This document shows positions 1-11,541 of a stretch of DNA of 64,000 bases, piece by piece. Numbering within the stretch: position 1 is the first letter of the stretch; each line of letters opens with the position of its first letter. This stretch comes from Cladosporium halotolerans (lineage: Eukaryota), in the NCBI RefSeq assembly GCF_011745625.1, contig NW_027191457.1:558001-622000 (forward strand). Direction: 5' to 3'. The notes under the pieces were generated by a model that worked only from the letters and a program-made list of their open reading frames with translations, ran no database searches and was not told the origin of the DNA. Both the position numbers and the translations under genes were made by a program.

Positions 1-2
1 CG

Positions 3-2965
3 CTGCTGTCCCGCCTTAGAGCAGGCTCGATGCCGCAGCGGAGTAATCTCATGGGCGGGGGGAGCCCTTTTGGTTCCTCCTTGTTCGCTAGTAACTGGAT
101 GGCGGGAAGAGATAGAGCGAGCACACTGCAGAGCATCAGGTCCTCTGATGGACCCTCCTCGCCCCGTGATTCGCCTGCGGATAATGACGTGCGTACCTTG
201 GATTATCTGGGTCTCGTCGATACTCCTCAGCAATCAAGAGGAGGTCTGACGCAAGCGGAAGCCAACATCCTCGCGAGCCAACAGCGTCAAAGGGGCAACT
301 CTGGCTTCAATGTTGCTGACATGGCTGCTCTCAACTCCTTTTCGAAGAACCCTGCGAACAGGTTCCGGTCTTATTCCGTCAACGCGAAGGAAAAGTATGC
401 GGACGGTGAGGACGACGATGAGCTCACCGAGTATGAGCAACTTCAACAGATGTACGGTGCTGGCGGATCCATTCCCCAGTCAAGAGACGCGGCAGCTGCG
501 CAGGCTGCGGCAATTCACGAGGCGGTCAGGCAGCACAACCTTGACGTCCAAGCCTTTGCCACATATGCCAGCTCTAACCGGCCCAGGGCTCGAACTGCTG
601 GAGTTCTCGACTCTCCAGCAAACCGAACCCTTCGAAGCTACCTTCCCACGCCCTCGCGATTGGACAGTAGCATCAGCGCAGCGGATCTACAAGCTAATGA
701 TGCCAACGACCTGAACGGTCTGACCAGTGCCGTCCAGGGCATGAATCTCGCGGGAAAGCCTTCCTATGACAGCGGCCTCGAAGCGCCGATGGAGTCGCCG
801 ACTCGCTCGTTATGGCTCGGCAACATCCCGTCTTCAACTACCGTTTCTTCGTTGAACGTCATTTTCAGTCAATTCGGCGCTATTGAGTTCGCTCGCGTGC
901 TCACTCACAAGAGCTGCGGCTTTGTCAATTTCGAGAACATCCAGAGCGCAATCACCGCCAAAGCTCAATGCAATGGCAAGGAAATATTCCCTGGTTGTGG
1001 TCCAATTCGCATCGGCTTTGCAAAAGAGCAGAGCGCTTCCAACACCCCCGGTGCCAACGGGATGTATCCCTCGCCCAGCCCGGATCCTTTTGTTGCCAAA
1101 GGAAACGCCGCTCCAGGTACAATCGGCCAAGCAAGCAACAACATCAACGCTGAGACTGCGGCCGCGGCGCTGGTCACGCCAGATTTGCTCCAGCTGCGCG
1201 AGGAGATCTCCACCATCGTATCCCAATTCGGCGCATCTGCAGAGGAGCAGACCAGAATCGATGGAAATCTTGAGAAGGCAATGAAGTTCGACGATTACGC
1301 GCCTGAAGTGCCTCCGATTGGCGAACCGAGTCATAACCGTGTGCATGATGCTCCCCGTTTGAGGGACATCCGCAAGCGAATCGACAACAACTCTTGCACT
1401 CCCATGGAAATCGAGGGCATCGCCATGGACATGCTGCCAGAAATTGCTGAGCTTTCATCGGACTATCTCGGAAACACCGTCGTTCAAAAGTTGTTTGAGC
1501 ACTGCAGTGAAGATACCAAGGAAGCTATGCTTGCAGAGATTGTACCGCATCTTGCTGAGATCGGCGTCCACAAGAACGGCACCTGGGCTGCTCAGAAGAT
1601 CATCGACGTTGCTCGTACACCCAAGCAGATGACTATGATTGCCGAGTCGCTCCAGCCACACGGTGTCAATCTTTTCCTTGACCAATATGGCAACTATGTC
1701 ATGCAGTGTTGCCTGCGTTTCCAGTCACCTCTCAACGACTTCATCTTCGAAACCATGCTTAACAGGCTCTGGAATGTGTCACAAGGAAGATTTGGTGCAC
1801 GTGCTATGAGAGCCTGTCTGGAAAGCCACTTTGCCACCAATGACCAGAAGAGACTCATGGCTGCAGCCATAACTTTGCACAGCGTTCAACTTGCAACCAA
1901 TTCGAACGGTGCCTTGCTTCTCACCTGGTTCTTGGACACTTGCACATTCCCGCGCAGACGATCTGTCCTGGCACCACGTCTGATTCCTCACTTGGTCCAC
2001 CTGTGCACGCACAAGGTTGCCTACCTGACAGTCTTGAAGATCATCAACCAGCGTAATGAGCCCGAGGCCCGCGACAGCATCTTACGCGCTCTGTTCGAGG
2101 ACCAGACCCTCCAGTCCATTGTCAGTGACCAGGCTTGCGGTGCGACTTTCATTTTCAAGGTTCTCACCACACCTTTCTTGGAAGAAAGCATTCGCCCCGA
2201 ATGTGTCGAGAATGTGCGCAACGTTCTCCTCCGCTTGAAGGCTCAGCCCTCCCAGGGCTACAAACGCCTGATGGACGAGGTAGGACTTTCAACTCGCCAC
2301 GGCGGCACACCCGTCAGCCACGATGGCCGCTCGAACTCGAAGAATCGCTCAATGAACGCTCACCTGACCCAAATTGACACGAACCAGAATGGTTACCAGC
2401 GTCCGCCATACAACACTATGACCCCCCAGCATCCCCATCAGCATCAGCCTATGGACCCCTCCCTTGGTGCCACTGGACTCCAGCGCACTATTAGCATGGA
2501 CTCTACCTCGTACGACCCTTACGCTCCTAACGGCCTCATGACACCTCAGTACACGCATAGCCCTGCCGTATCCTCTGCCGGTATCTCTCCCATCAGCCAG
2601 CAGCAGCTTCAGTATCAGCAAGCCCTACTCGCTCAGCAGCAACAGCAAATCCCGCGTCCCACTGGCTTTTACAACAGTCCTGGTGGCCCTTACGGACACG
2701 CCTCTCCTATGATGGACCCCTACCGCCAAGGAAGCCAGATGGTTCCTCAACCTCCTCCCGGTATGACTGGCGCAGCTTACCCACCTCCGCAACAACAGGG
2801 CTACGGTGGCGTCCTGCCGCCACAGATGGCTGCATATGGTCAATACAGTGCTCCGCCACCGGCACCGCAGTTCGTGCCCCAGCAGGGAGGTGGTAGGAGG
2901 GGAAGGGTACGTTAAAGTGGTCGTGTCCTGAAGAACTCATTCGGTGCTGACTGAACTAGCGTTAG
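3..2965 (+). CDS. JSN1: Pumilio/PUF-family RNA-binding protein with an RRM (JSN1/PUF1-PUF2-like); 5' end lies outside the window
   Basis: Frame is open from base 3 (LLSRLRAGSMPQR...). It has an RRM (RSLWLGNIP...KSCGFVNF), PUF repeats (SDYLGNTVVQK, HKNGTWAAQK, DQYGNYVMQC) and a Q/P/G/Y-rich tail. Predicted intron 2907-2959 (GTACGT...GCTGAC...TAG) and terminal exon CGTTAG 2960-2965. Confidence 0.9.
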
Positions 2966-3668
2966 AGAGTTTGATCCAATGCACACGCCGCTGGCTTCAC
3001 TTACTCGTCGTCTTGCACGCTGCTTCTTCTACAATAACGAATAAGGCTTTCTCCCATGTTCTTTACTATTTTGCAGATCACGGTGGTAGGCCGATTCAAA
3101 AGCAGGAAAAGGGTGTACTAGGAATTGTTAGGTCTTCTTTGTTGAATTCTTATCTTCTTCTTGTTCTCTTCCCAAATTCTGATTCTTGCAACTGTAGCTC
3201 ATGATTACCTACCGTTTCGAAACATTGCACGCGGGGAGGCTAAGGAAGAGTCACTTGGCTCGTCCTGCCACGCAACAGGTCTGTCCGCCTGCCGCATCAT
3301 TGGGTTTTATGGACGAGATTGTTTCTGCCAGTACATTGCTGCCTCATCTTTCGTCTTTCGAAAATTGCCTCTGGGTTGTCTTGTCTCATGTTGGGGGTTC
3401 CATGTCAGCGGCACCAGTATCGGACCGGTGAATATATAGCACGGGTGACCGGGCTAAGAACTGCGTGACGATTTCATTCGCTTATAGAGCTGAATTGCTA
3501 TTGACCTTATCCGAGCCCTCATCGTCACATCAACGCCAATCTTCTCGATCACACGTGCGTAAATGCAACGCAACCTCTGGTTTCCTATTCCTTATTGCCA
3601 ACGAGCCACCCCACAGCCATCCAACCCAAAAGACCTTCTGCCAAGCTTGATGAACCCAGTGGCTCGAT

Positions 3669-4391
3669 CTAGAAGCGAGGCTGGTCCCTGTCGAAATAAG
3701 TGGAGTTGCCACGGCCACGGGCATCACCGCCGCGAGGAGCAGCTCCACGACCGTGGCCTCCACGGCCACCACGGCCACGAGCAGTATCGCCACGGTCACC
3801 CCTAGCGCGCGCATGACCACCCTGACCACCACCTCTTCCACTACCACGGCCAGTTACACCATGCCCACGTCCAACACCAGCACGGCCATCGCCTCCAAGC
3901 CCATGGCCACGACCAGCCATCCCAGCCCCAACCCCCCCGCGTCGAACGCCACCATCGCCATTGCCACGGCGAACATTTTCACGGAGCTCGCATTCGATCG
4001 TCTCTTGAACCATCCAAGCCTTCGGCCCTCCCATCCAACCACTCTTCGCAAAACGCGCTGAAAGCTTCTCATTCGCCATCGCAGCATTCATCATCGGCAC
4101 AAGCTTCGCCAAGTACTTACAGTAGTCGTCATCCCAGTTGCGGTAGCCATTGGCGATCAGGACGCGTGAGCCGTCGCCGCCGCGGAAGGTGTGACGGCCG
4201 TGCAAGTGGAGGTCGAGGGCGGCTTCGATCGGCTTCTTCCAGTGCTTGAGGGAGAGGCTCTGGAGTTGCTCTTGCGGTGTGGACTAGGTGAGGTCAGTGG
4301 CTGGGGTGGCAATGGGTTTGGCCTAGAGTTTCACCTGGTCTGGGTTGGCAGCGCCGTCATTGCCGTAGTTATTATTGTCGTTGCCGGCCAT
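3669..4391 (-). CDS. Hypothetical 223-aa protein with a C-terminal RG/RGG-rich tail
   Basis: Exon 1 4391-4335 (MAGNDNNNYGNDGAANPDQ), intron 4334-4284 (GTGAAA...CTGAC...CTAG, 51 nt), exon 2 4283-3669 in frame (STPQEQLQSLSLKHWKKP...RGGRGGHGRG...DQPRF*). Confidence 0.7.
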
Positions 4392-4771
4392 CACTGTTGA
4401 ATGCTTGATGTAGAAGAGGATTGAGTAGTGTGTTATGAGTAGCAGTTGATTGAATAGTGTGTTGTGAGTGAAGCTGGGTCGATGAGGTTGATGTTGTGAT
4501 TTTTTGGGAGTAGGAAAACATTGCGGCAAAGAGCAGCGCATGGGTTCTGAAGAGGTTGCCGAGTAACTGAGAAGGAGGAAGGCACGTTGGTCGCTCTTGC
4601 CTCGTTCAGACTTCTCAGTCAGTCGTCGTCACGCGCCGCTGGATATCACTAAGGATTGTTTTCAACATAGGGGAGGATGCTCAAAATTTTGCTGCCAAGA
4701 ATAACTGAGCAGATCGATTATCTTTCCAAAGCTATCATAATACATCAATGAAGTGGGACCTAGGGGTCTTC

Positions 4772-6343
4772 TCAGCCGAGAAACCTCCTGATTTCACCAC
4801 CCACGCCCTCTAGGTCAAGGAGGAAAGTATCATGACCAAACAACGAGCGGTCCTCGCCCAGCTCAACGTGGGTCACACGCCTGTTGCCGGCTTTGCGCAA
4901 CGTGTCTGCGATTTCACGCTGCTGGAAGGCTGGGAACAGGATGTCTGATGCAACGCCCAGGACCAATGTCGGTGTGTCACGAAGGGGCAAGAAGCCCTTG
5001 ATCAGATCTTCGGGTGGTTCGCTGGAGACCGCAGAGCCGGACTGCGCAGAAGAAGACATGATGTCAGAACTGCTCGTCTCCTTCTCCTCGTATGGCTGCT
5101 CCGGAAGGGTCAGGTTGCAGACATCAGCGCCTGGCAATTGGTCCGTAGGAATGTTCAGACGGCCAGAGTTCTCCTCGCGACGTTTCAGCGTATCTTCTTG
5201 CACACCTGCGCCGAGGTCAAAGAGGTCCATGGCCTTGGAAATGTAAATCAGGCTGTTCGCGTCGTACTCAAGGCACCACTTCTCGCCGGCGTGGTCGAGG
5301 TACGTCTCAATCAAGAAGTCTGCACACAAGGCCGGGGGTTTGCTGGGATCTGCCCTCTGGCGACCAAAACGCTTTTCCCACTCAGGTCCAGATCGGTAAG
5401 TAATAGTGGCGATCTCGCGCGCGAGCTTCATTCCGGCGTGTGGTGGGATGGAGTCATAATAGTTTCCGCGGGTCTTGGACCAAGCCGCGTCATTCATAAG
5501 GACTTGGCGCTGGGTATGGCGCATCGCAATGCTGTAGGGGTGGCTTCGCGCACAGCCGGAAACTGAAATGATACGCCCAACTCTATCGGTAGCCATGACA
5601 CCGGCAGCCAGAGACTGCATGCCGCCCATACTGCTACCAACGCTGGCATACAGCTTCTGGATCCCCATGTCATCGAGCAGTCTGAACTGTGCCCGAACCA
5701 TGTCCTGCATTGTCAAGATTGGGAAGCTTGTACCGTAGCGCTTCTTGCTGATGGGGTCGATGCTACTCGGGCCAGTGCTTCCGTAGCAGCCACCCAGCAC
5801 GTTCGTACAGATGACGAAATACTTGTTGGTATCAATAGGCGCGCCAGGCCCAATGAACTTCTCCCACCATCCAGGCTTGGGGTTTGCTTCCGTGCTCTTT
5901 GCATGACTGCTCGCCGACAATCCGGTGTGAATCAATATAGCATTGCTCTTGTCCGCGTTCAAGCTACCCCATGTCTCGTACGCAATGTCAAAGGAGGGCA
6001 GGATTCCGCCCCAGTCTAGCAGGATAGGCTCGGAGCTGTGGAACTTTTGGTGCGCACCGGCTGTGTACGAAGGTTCAGGGCCGGAGAGGGATCGTTTATT
6101 GTTCAGGTTCTTCGTGCGATCCTCTAGATTATCGAGACAGGGGAACGAGAGCGGTGGATTCGAGGATGGAGGTGTCACGGGCTCATTTTCGGCAATCGGT
6201 TTTTGAGCTGCTGCTTGCGATGATCGTGGTGCATTGTTGTGAAGGCCTCGGTTCGTCGCGGGGAAACGGGTTCGAGGATTCGTCTTCCTGGCAGAGCGCG
6301 CGAGACCCCGACCGAAAGCGGTCAGAGGCTTTGAAACATTCAT
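4772..6343 (-). CDS. cys2: Homoserine O-acetyltransferase-family alpha/beta hydrolase, Cys2/CysA type (serine O-succinyl/acetyltransferase), probably mitochondrial
   Basis: GSSMGG nucleophile motif, [21 protein letters not shown] and GHDTFL triad motifs. The [10 protein letters not shown] signature differs from the HALTG of Met2. Likely start [20 protein letters not shown] (Arg-rich, presequence-like) at 6343. Single exon. Confidence 0.85.
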   Translation of the reverse strand: MNVSKPLTAFGRGLARSARKTNPRTRFPATNRGLHNNAPRSSQAAAQKPIAENEPVTPPSSNPPLSFPCLDNLEDRTKNLNNKRSLSGPEPSYTAGAHQKFHSSEPILLDWGGILPSFDIAYETWGSLNADKSNAILIHTGLSASSHAKSTEANPKPGWWEKFIGPGAPIDTNKYFVICTNVLGGCYGSTGPSSIDPISKKRYGTSFPILTMQDMVRAQFRLLDDMGIQKLYASVGSSMGGMQSLAAGVMATDRVGRIISVSGCARSHPYSIAMRHTQRQVLMNDAAWSKTRGNYYDSIPPHAGMKLAREIATITYRSGPEWEKRFGRQRADPSKPPALCADFLIETYLDHAGEKWCLEYDANSLIYISKAMDLFDLGAGVQEDTLKRREENSGRLNIPTDQLPGADVCNLTLPEQPYEEKETSSSDIMSSSAQSGSAVSSEPPEDLIKGFLPLRDTPTLVLGVASDILFPAFQQREIADTLRKAGNRRVTHVELGEDRSLFGHDTFLLDLEGVGGEIRRFLG

Positions 6344-7756
6344 AGTTGCAGCAGCTCTCCGGTTGCTGGTAAGTCTGCCTTGATAATGAGAGAGATAGAG
6401 AAAGAGCAACGCATGAAATGACCATGACAACAGCCCGATTTGTAAGGGCGAAGTCGGCGAGCTTGAGCACGCAATTATTGTGGGGCAGCTGTGAAGACAA
6501 GCCAAAGTGCCCTTCCAAGGCCTCTGCCGCATCGCCATTCCGTATCTTTGCACCATGCCTCTAACATCGAAGCTTCCGAATCCATCTGCTATCGATCACA
6601 TTTTCAGGCCTTTCCAGAAGAATTATTGATAGGTTCCTCGGATATGAAAGTAACGACTGACAATTGGTGACAATACTGGCGCACCAGTTATCAAACGGGA
6701 TCCTCCCTCGTTCAGGCTGACTCTACATTTGCGGTGATCTGCATCTGAGATAGATTCAATTCCCTCGAAACACATGACACGAGAGGGGAAGGCACGCAGC
6801 TTGTTATCGGTCCAATAACATGATTTTCAAAGGTTTCCTAAGTACTCTGCAGACACTTTGTTGGTTAATCTCATTAGGGTTAGGGTTGGGGTAATGATCG
6901 CTTCATCTATCCTGGTTCTCAATCCAACTTCGAAGACAGGGCACGGTGCACGGCTTGAGGCTTGCATTCGGCATCGATGGGACATTATGAGACTTTGAAA
7001 ATTGATACCGCAATCATAGATACTTGTGTTCACCTCTGGTGCAGGCCGTCAACCTTCCGATCGAGCATGTCTTCCAGCGGACTTCTGGAGAGGACGAGGA
7101 CGCTGACGCTGACCATACACAGACGACATGTTTGTATGTTACCGGTTCTCGATAATCACTCCATTGAGAATCTATTTCAAGAATTCAGCCACTGTTCTTG
7201 CCGGCTGAGTCGCCGTCTCGGAAGATTGCGAGTCGAGGGTTCTTCAAGCGCGTGGACATGGTCATGGGGTGCGAACATGGATCTGACCCAACAGCAACCC
7301 ATGCGCTTTGCTTGACCGTGAATTCCGGCTCGGACGGCAGCCATGCTTCCTTCTCGCTTATCTGGGAAGGATAAAAAAGCTTTTCTCTGAAGTCTGGAAG
7401 ATCGATCATCCGTCGATTGAGCATGGGCACCTTCGAGCTCACCAAACGACCTGGAAGAAGCGACACTTTCAAACGGATTCATGAACTCGCATCCGTTTTC
7501 ACAGCCCCAAGGCCTTACATGACACACTGATTGGTTCCAGTGGGCAGCATAGTCGGCCCTGCTGCCGAGTACGCTGATGGTCGCGTGCATCCGGCAAGGC
7601 AGAAACGTGGAAGGGGTGGGGTCATGGCATGTGCCGACTCAACGTATATCCTGTGAAGAGGGAAAGCCAATAGTGTCGAGACCATTAATTGCTAGTGTTC
7701 GACTTTAACGAGAATGGGCGGCGACTCCGGCCAAATTCTGGCCAGTCCTGGCTCCC

Positions 7757-7836
7757 ATCAAGGTGTTTTACTTTGCACGCGAGAAGAACGGCGCCGACTA
7801 GCAATTTTTCTGGCAAATCCTACGAACATCAAGGTG
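7757..7836 (+). promoter_or_regulatory. Pair of ZafA-like zinc-responsive elements (CATCAAGGTG x2)
   Basis: CAAGGT cores at 7759-7764 and 7830-7835, each within an identical 10-mer, ~200-280 nt upstream of the ZIP transporter ATG. CARGGT is the described Aspergillus ZafA core. Confidence 0.6.
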
Positions 7837-8036
7837 CTTCTTCCGTCGCTGTCCTCGCGGATAAGTATTGGAGCGATCGACAATGACAAGCCACCCAAGC
7901 CTCAAGCAAAAGCTTCTTCGGGGTTGCCCAGAGGCCTTGTCGTTCTTGTCTTCAGCCTTACACATCTTCCTTGGGAATCTCCACTGATCGATTCGATCAA
8001 TCATTGATTGCTTGCGGCCAGCAAACAGACTCCAAG

Positions 8037-9237
8037 ATGTCTTTCGATCCTCACAATGTCGATCTCGACACCGCTGACCAGCGCGATGTCGTGTGTTACA
8101 TGGAAGCCGGTGAAAACGAATACGACGGCAGACTGGGCGCTCGCATCTCGGCGCTCTTTGTCATCTTGATCGTTTCTTCGGCCGTCACCTTCTTCCCGGT
8201 CGTTGCGACGAGGTTCAGGAAGCTGCGCATTCCGCTCTACGTTTATCTCTTCGCCCGATACTTCGGCACTGGTGTCATTGTGGCCACTGCGTTTATTCAG
8301 TACGTATTATCGTCTCAATCGATCATGTCATACAACATTGCTAACAGCTTTTAGCTTGCTCGCCCCAGCATACGAAGAGATCGGACCAGCGACCTGCGTC
8401 GGCCTTACAGGCGGCTGGGCGGGCTACGCCTGGCCTCCCGCCATCGCTCTCGCGTCGGGTATGATTGTCTTCCTTATGGACTTCGCTGCCGAGCGCTACG
8501 TCGAGAAGAAGTACGGCTGGTCACACGGCGGGCACGACGAGGAAGCCTTCGATGCGGCCAACAAGCGCTGGGCTCCGAACGGCTGCTCCAACCACCAGGC
8601 TCTCCACTCCGGCGAACAAGACGGCACGATTCCTGCCTCTTCCAACAACCATGCCAACGACAGCACCGCAGTCGCTGAGGGCAAGCTCGGCCACGCCAGC
8701 GAGAGGTCCTCCATCGACACCGAAGACACTCTCGCGACCGAGCGTTCATTCCAACAACAAATCGCCGCCTTCCTCATCCTCGAGTTCGGCGTGATCTTCC
8801 ACTCCGTCATCATCGGCCTAACCCTCGGCTCCGCCGGCGACGAGTTCCCGGTGCTCTACCCCGTGATCGTCTTCCACCAGTCCTTCGAAGGCCTCGGCAT
8901 CGGCGCCCGGCTGTCTGCGATCCCCTTTCCCAAGCGCGTCAGCTGGATGCCGTGGGCGCTGTGCGCGGCGTACGGTCTGACGACGCCGATCGCTATCGCG
9001 ATCGGGCTCGGCGTGCGCACGACGTACAACGAGGCCAGCATGACGGCGAACATCGTCTCCGGCGTGCTGGACTCGGTCTCCGCGGGCATCTTGCTCTACA
9101 CTGGTTTCGTCGAGTTGCTCGCTAGGGACTTTCTGTTCAACCCTGAGCGGACCCGCAAGGATGGCCAGTTGGCGTTCATGGTCATCTCTGTGCTGCTTGG
9201 TGCGGGTATCATGGCTCTCCTTGGAAAGTGGGCCTAG
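8037..9237 (+). CDS. ZRT1: ZIP-family zinc transporter (Zrt1/ZrfB-like)
   Basis: Exons 8037-8299 and 8355-9237; intron 8300-8354 (GTACGT...CTAAC...TAG) restores TAFIHLL. Motifs ARYFGTGVIVATAFIH, LEFGVIFHSVIIG, HQSFEGLGIG and C-terminal MALLGKWA; His-containing loop. Confidence 0.95.
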
Positions 9238-9789
9238 AAAGATCGATATTTGTAAGATAGGAGATGGCCAGAATCTGTCAAAGTGCTGGCTTGGACATGG
9301 CTGGTCTGGCATACCAAAGCTGTAATTTTGCCATAGTAATCCAGGAAGGAAAACGGAAAGCATTTCTTAGAAGGCGACTTCAAGATTTTGCGTTCGGATT
9401 CGTCGCGACAGTTCTGTAGATAGATGAATATGATTTCGTTCTCGTGCCGCGATCGCCTTGAACATGTTCAGCAGCTCTCACAACGGCCAGACCCAGAAAA
9501 CGAATGTAAGTCGATAAGTACGACGTGTGCGTCCTTGTCTCGACGGCTAAATGTACTTGCTGTATTAGATCAGGTAATTCCCCGGAATGAGCCTTTCGTT
9601 GATTGAAAGATTGAATTGTGACTCCAGTTCTTCACGCCAAACACACTCTTGAAATGAAGCCAGATAATGTACAGGAAGACGCTGATGTGAAACTGAAGAT
9701 CATCCTATGCTTTTGATTCGTACAGTAAATGGTAGTAAAACACAGCCCACGCTAATATGCAGACAAATTAAGAAGCCCACTCCTGGCTT

Positions 9790-11541
9790 TCAACCGAGCC
9801 AATTGAGCACCTTGCCCCACCAAGTTGTAGGCTTCGCCTCCTCAACCCACATCTCTTCGACCTCCTTCCGTCCAGACAAGAGATCTGCATCGTGACGGGA
9901 GACGAACTTGCAGCGCGACCAGGCTTTGTGGCCGACGTACAGGACGACGAAAAGGATCAAGCTGATGTACGCCGTGAAAAAGCTGGACGTGTCCCAAGGC
10001 ACAAAAGCCTCGAAACCCTGCGTGATGATGATGAGGATGTTGAAGCCAACGCCGTAGTAGGTGAAATAGGGCTGCAGAGGGGCGATGTAGGGGAGTGTGC
10101 TGCGAGGAATGCCTTGGGCATCGCAAGCGCGCATGAAGGCAATGTGCGCGATGCCGATGCAGGTCCAGGAAATGAAGCCAGCAACACCAGAAATGTTGAC
10201 GAACCAGTCGAATACAACACCACCACTGCTCGACTCGTTGAGGAAACCGAGAAGGCCAAATGCAGCAGTGAAAGCGACAGCATTGTAAGGCACGCCCCAG
10301 CGGCTGGTCTTCGTGAGGAACTGAGGCGCTGAGCCTTCGTTGGCGAGACCAACAAGGATACGGGATCCGGAGTAGACGTTGGAGTTGGCAGCGCTGAGCA
10401 CAACGGTAAACAACACAGCGTTGATAATATCGGGCAGCACAGAGACACCAGCAAGGTTCGCGGCGACGACAAGCGGAGAGCTGCTTGCGTCGGTGGTGTC
10501 GTTGAGAAGGTTCGGGTTGTCCGACGGGATGAGAATGCCGATAAAAAGGATGGTCAGGACGAAGAAAAGCAGAATGCGCCAGAAAGTCTGCTTGATGGCC
10601 TTAGGCACATTCTTGCGCGGGTTGGCGGTCTCACCGGCAGCGATACCGACCAACTCCGTACCCTGGTAAGAGAAACCAGCCTGGATGAGGACCGCCCAGA
10701 AACCCACGAACTTGGCAAGCGGGATGTTGTTGGCGAGGATGCTGCTAGCGTCGGTCAAGTGAGGGGAGAAAGCTCCAGGGTGATTCCAGTATTTGAATCC
10801 AATGTATCCCTCGCGTCCAGCGCCAGCGTTGATGCAGATACCAAAGATCAAGAAACCAATCACCGTGACGACCTTGATGCTGGCAAACCAAAATTCCACC
10901 TCGCCGTAGATCGAGACGGGAAGGAAGTTTGCGGCGGTGATAACCACGAAGAAGATGGCGATAAAGATGCCGATGTTGATATCCGGAACCCAATATTGAA
11001 TGATCAAGCCCGAGGCTGTGAGCTCAAGCGCGTACGTGATCGCCCATGAAAACCAATAAATCCATCCCATCGAAAATCCAAGACTTTGATCCACGAAGCG
11101 GCTGGCGTATGCTGTGAACGCTCCAGATACGGGAATGAATGTGGCCATCTCTCCCATGGCTACCATGACAGAGTAAACGAGGGATCCGACGAAGGCATAG
11201 GCAATGAGTGCGCCGGCAGGACCAGCTGTTGCGAGGGCACCACCAGAACCGATGAACTAATACGCTGTCAGCTCTGCACCCGGAAGTGGCTTGGGACCGG
11301 TCGCGAGACGTATTTGCGCATAGCAAGCCGGTCCTTATGGAGATGTACGCACCAGACCTGTACCAATCGTTCCTCCAATCGCAATCATCTGCAGGTGACG
11401 CGACTGCAGGCGGCGCTGCAGCTGCACCGTGGTGCCCTTCTCGACATCATTGTGGCTTCCAGACATTGAGGAGCCGTCTACAAACGGCGCGCCTTTGGGT
11501 TCTCCAACGCTGGTGGAGGGCTTCTTTTCGAGGTCGGCCAT
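9790..11541 (-). CDS. CAN1: Amino-acid permease (YAT/APC family), CAN1/LYP1-like basic amino acid type
   Basis: Exon 1 11541-11353 (MADLEKK...LQRRLQSRHLQMIAIGGTIGTGL), intron 11352-11257 (GTGCGT...CTGAC...TAG), exon 2 11256-9790 (FIGSGGAL...FSYQGTELVGIAAGE...). The substrate assignment is tentative. Confidence 0.88.

Noticed and set aside
6344..6556. 71-codon N-terminal extension of the cys2 ORF
   Set aside because: It looks like leader sequence (CT-rich); the presequence-like segment starts at the ATG at 6343.
6827..7590. Overlapping 68-137 aa ORFs between cys2 and the ZIP gene, possibly a decayed gene
   Set aside because: No recognisable motif or consistent splice model; a translated homology search would be needed.
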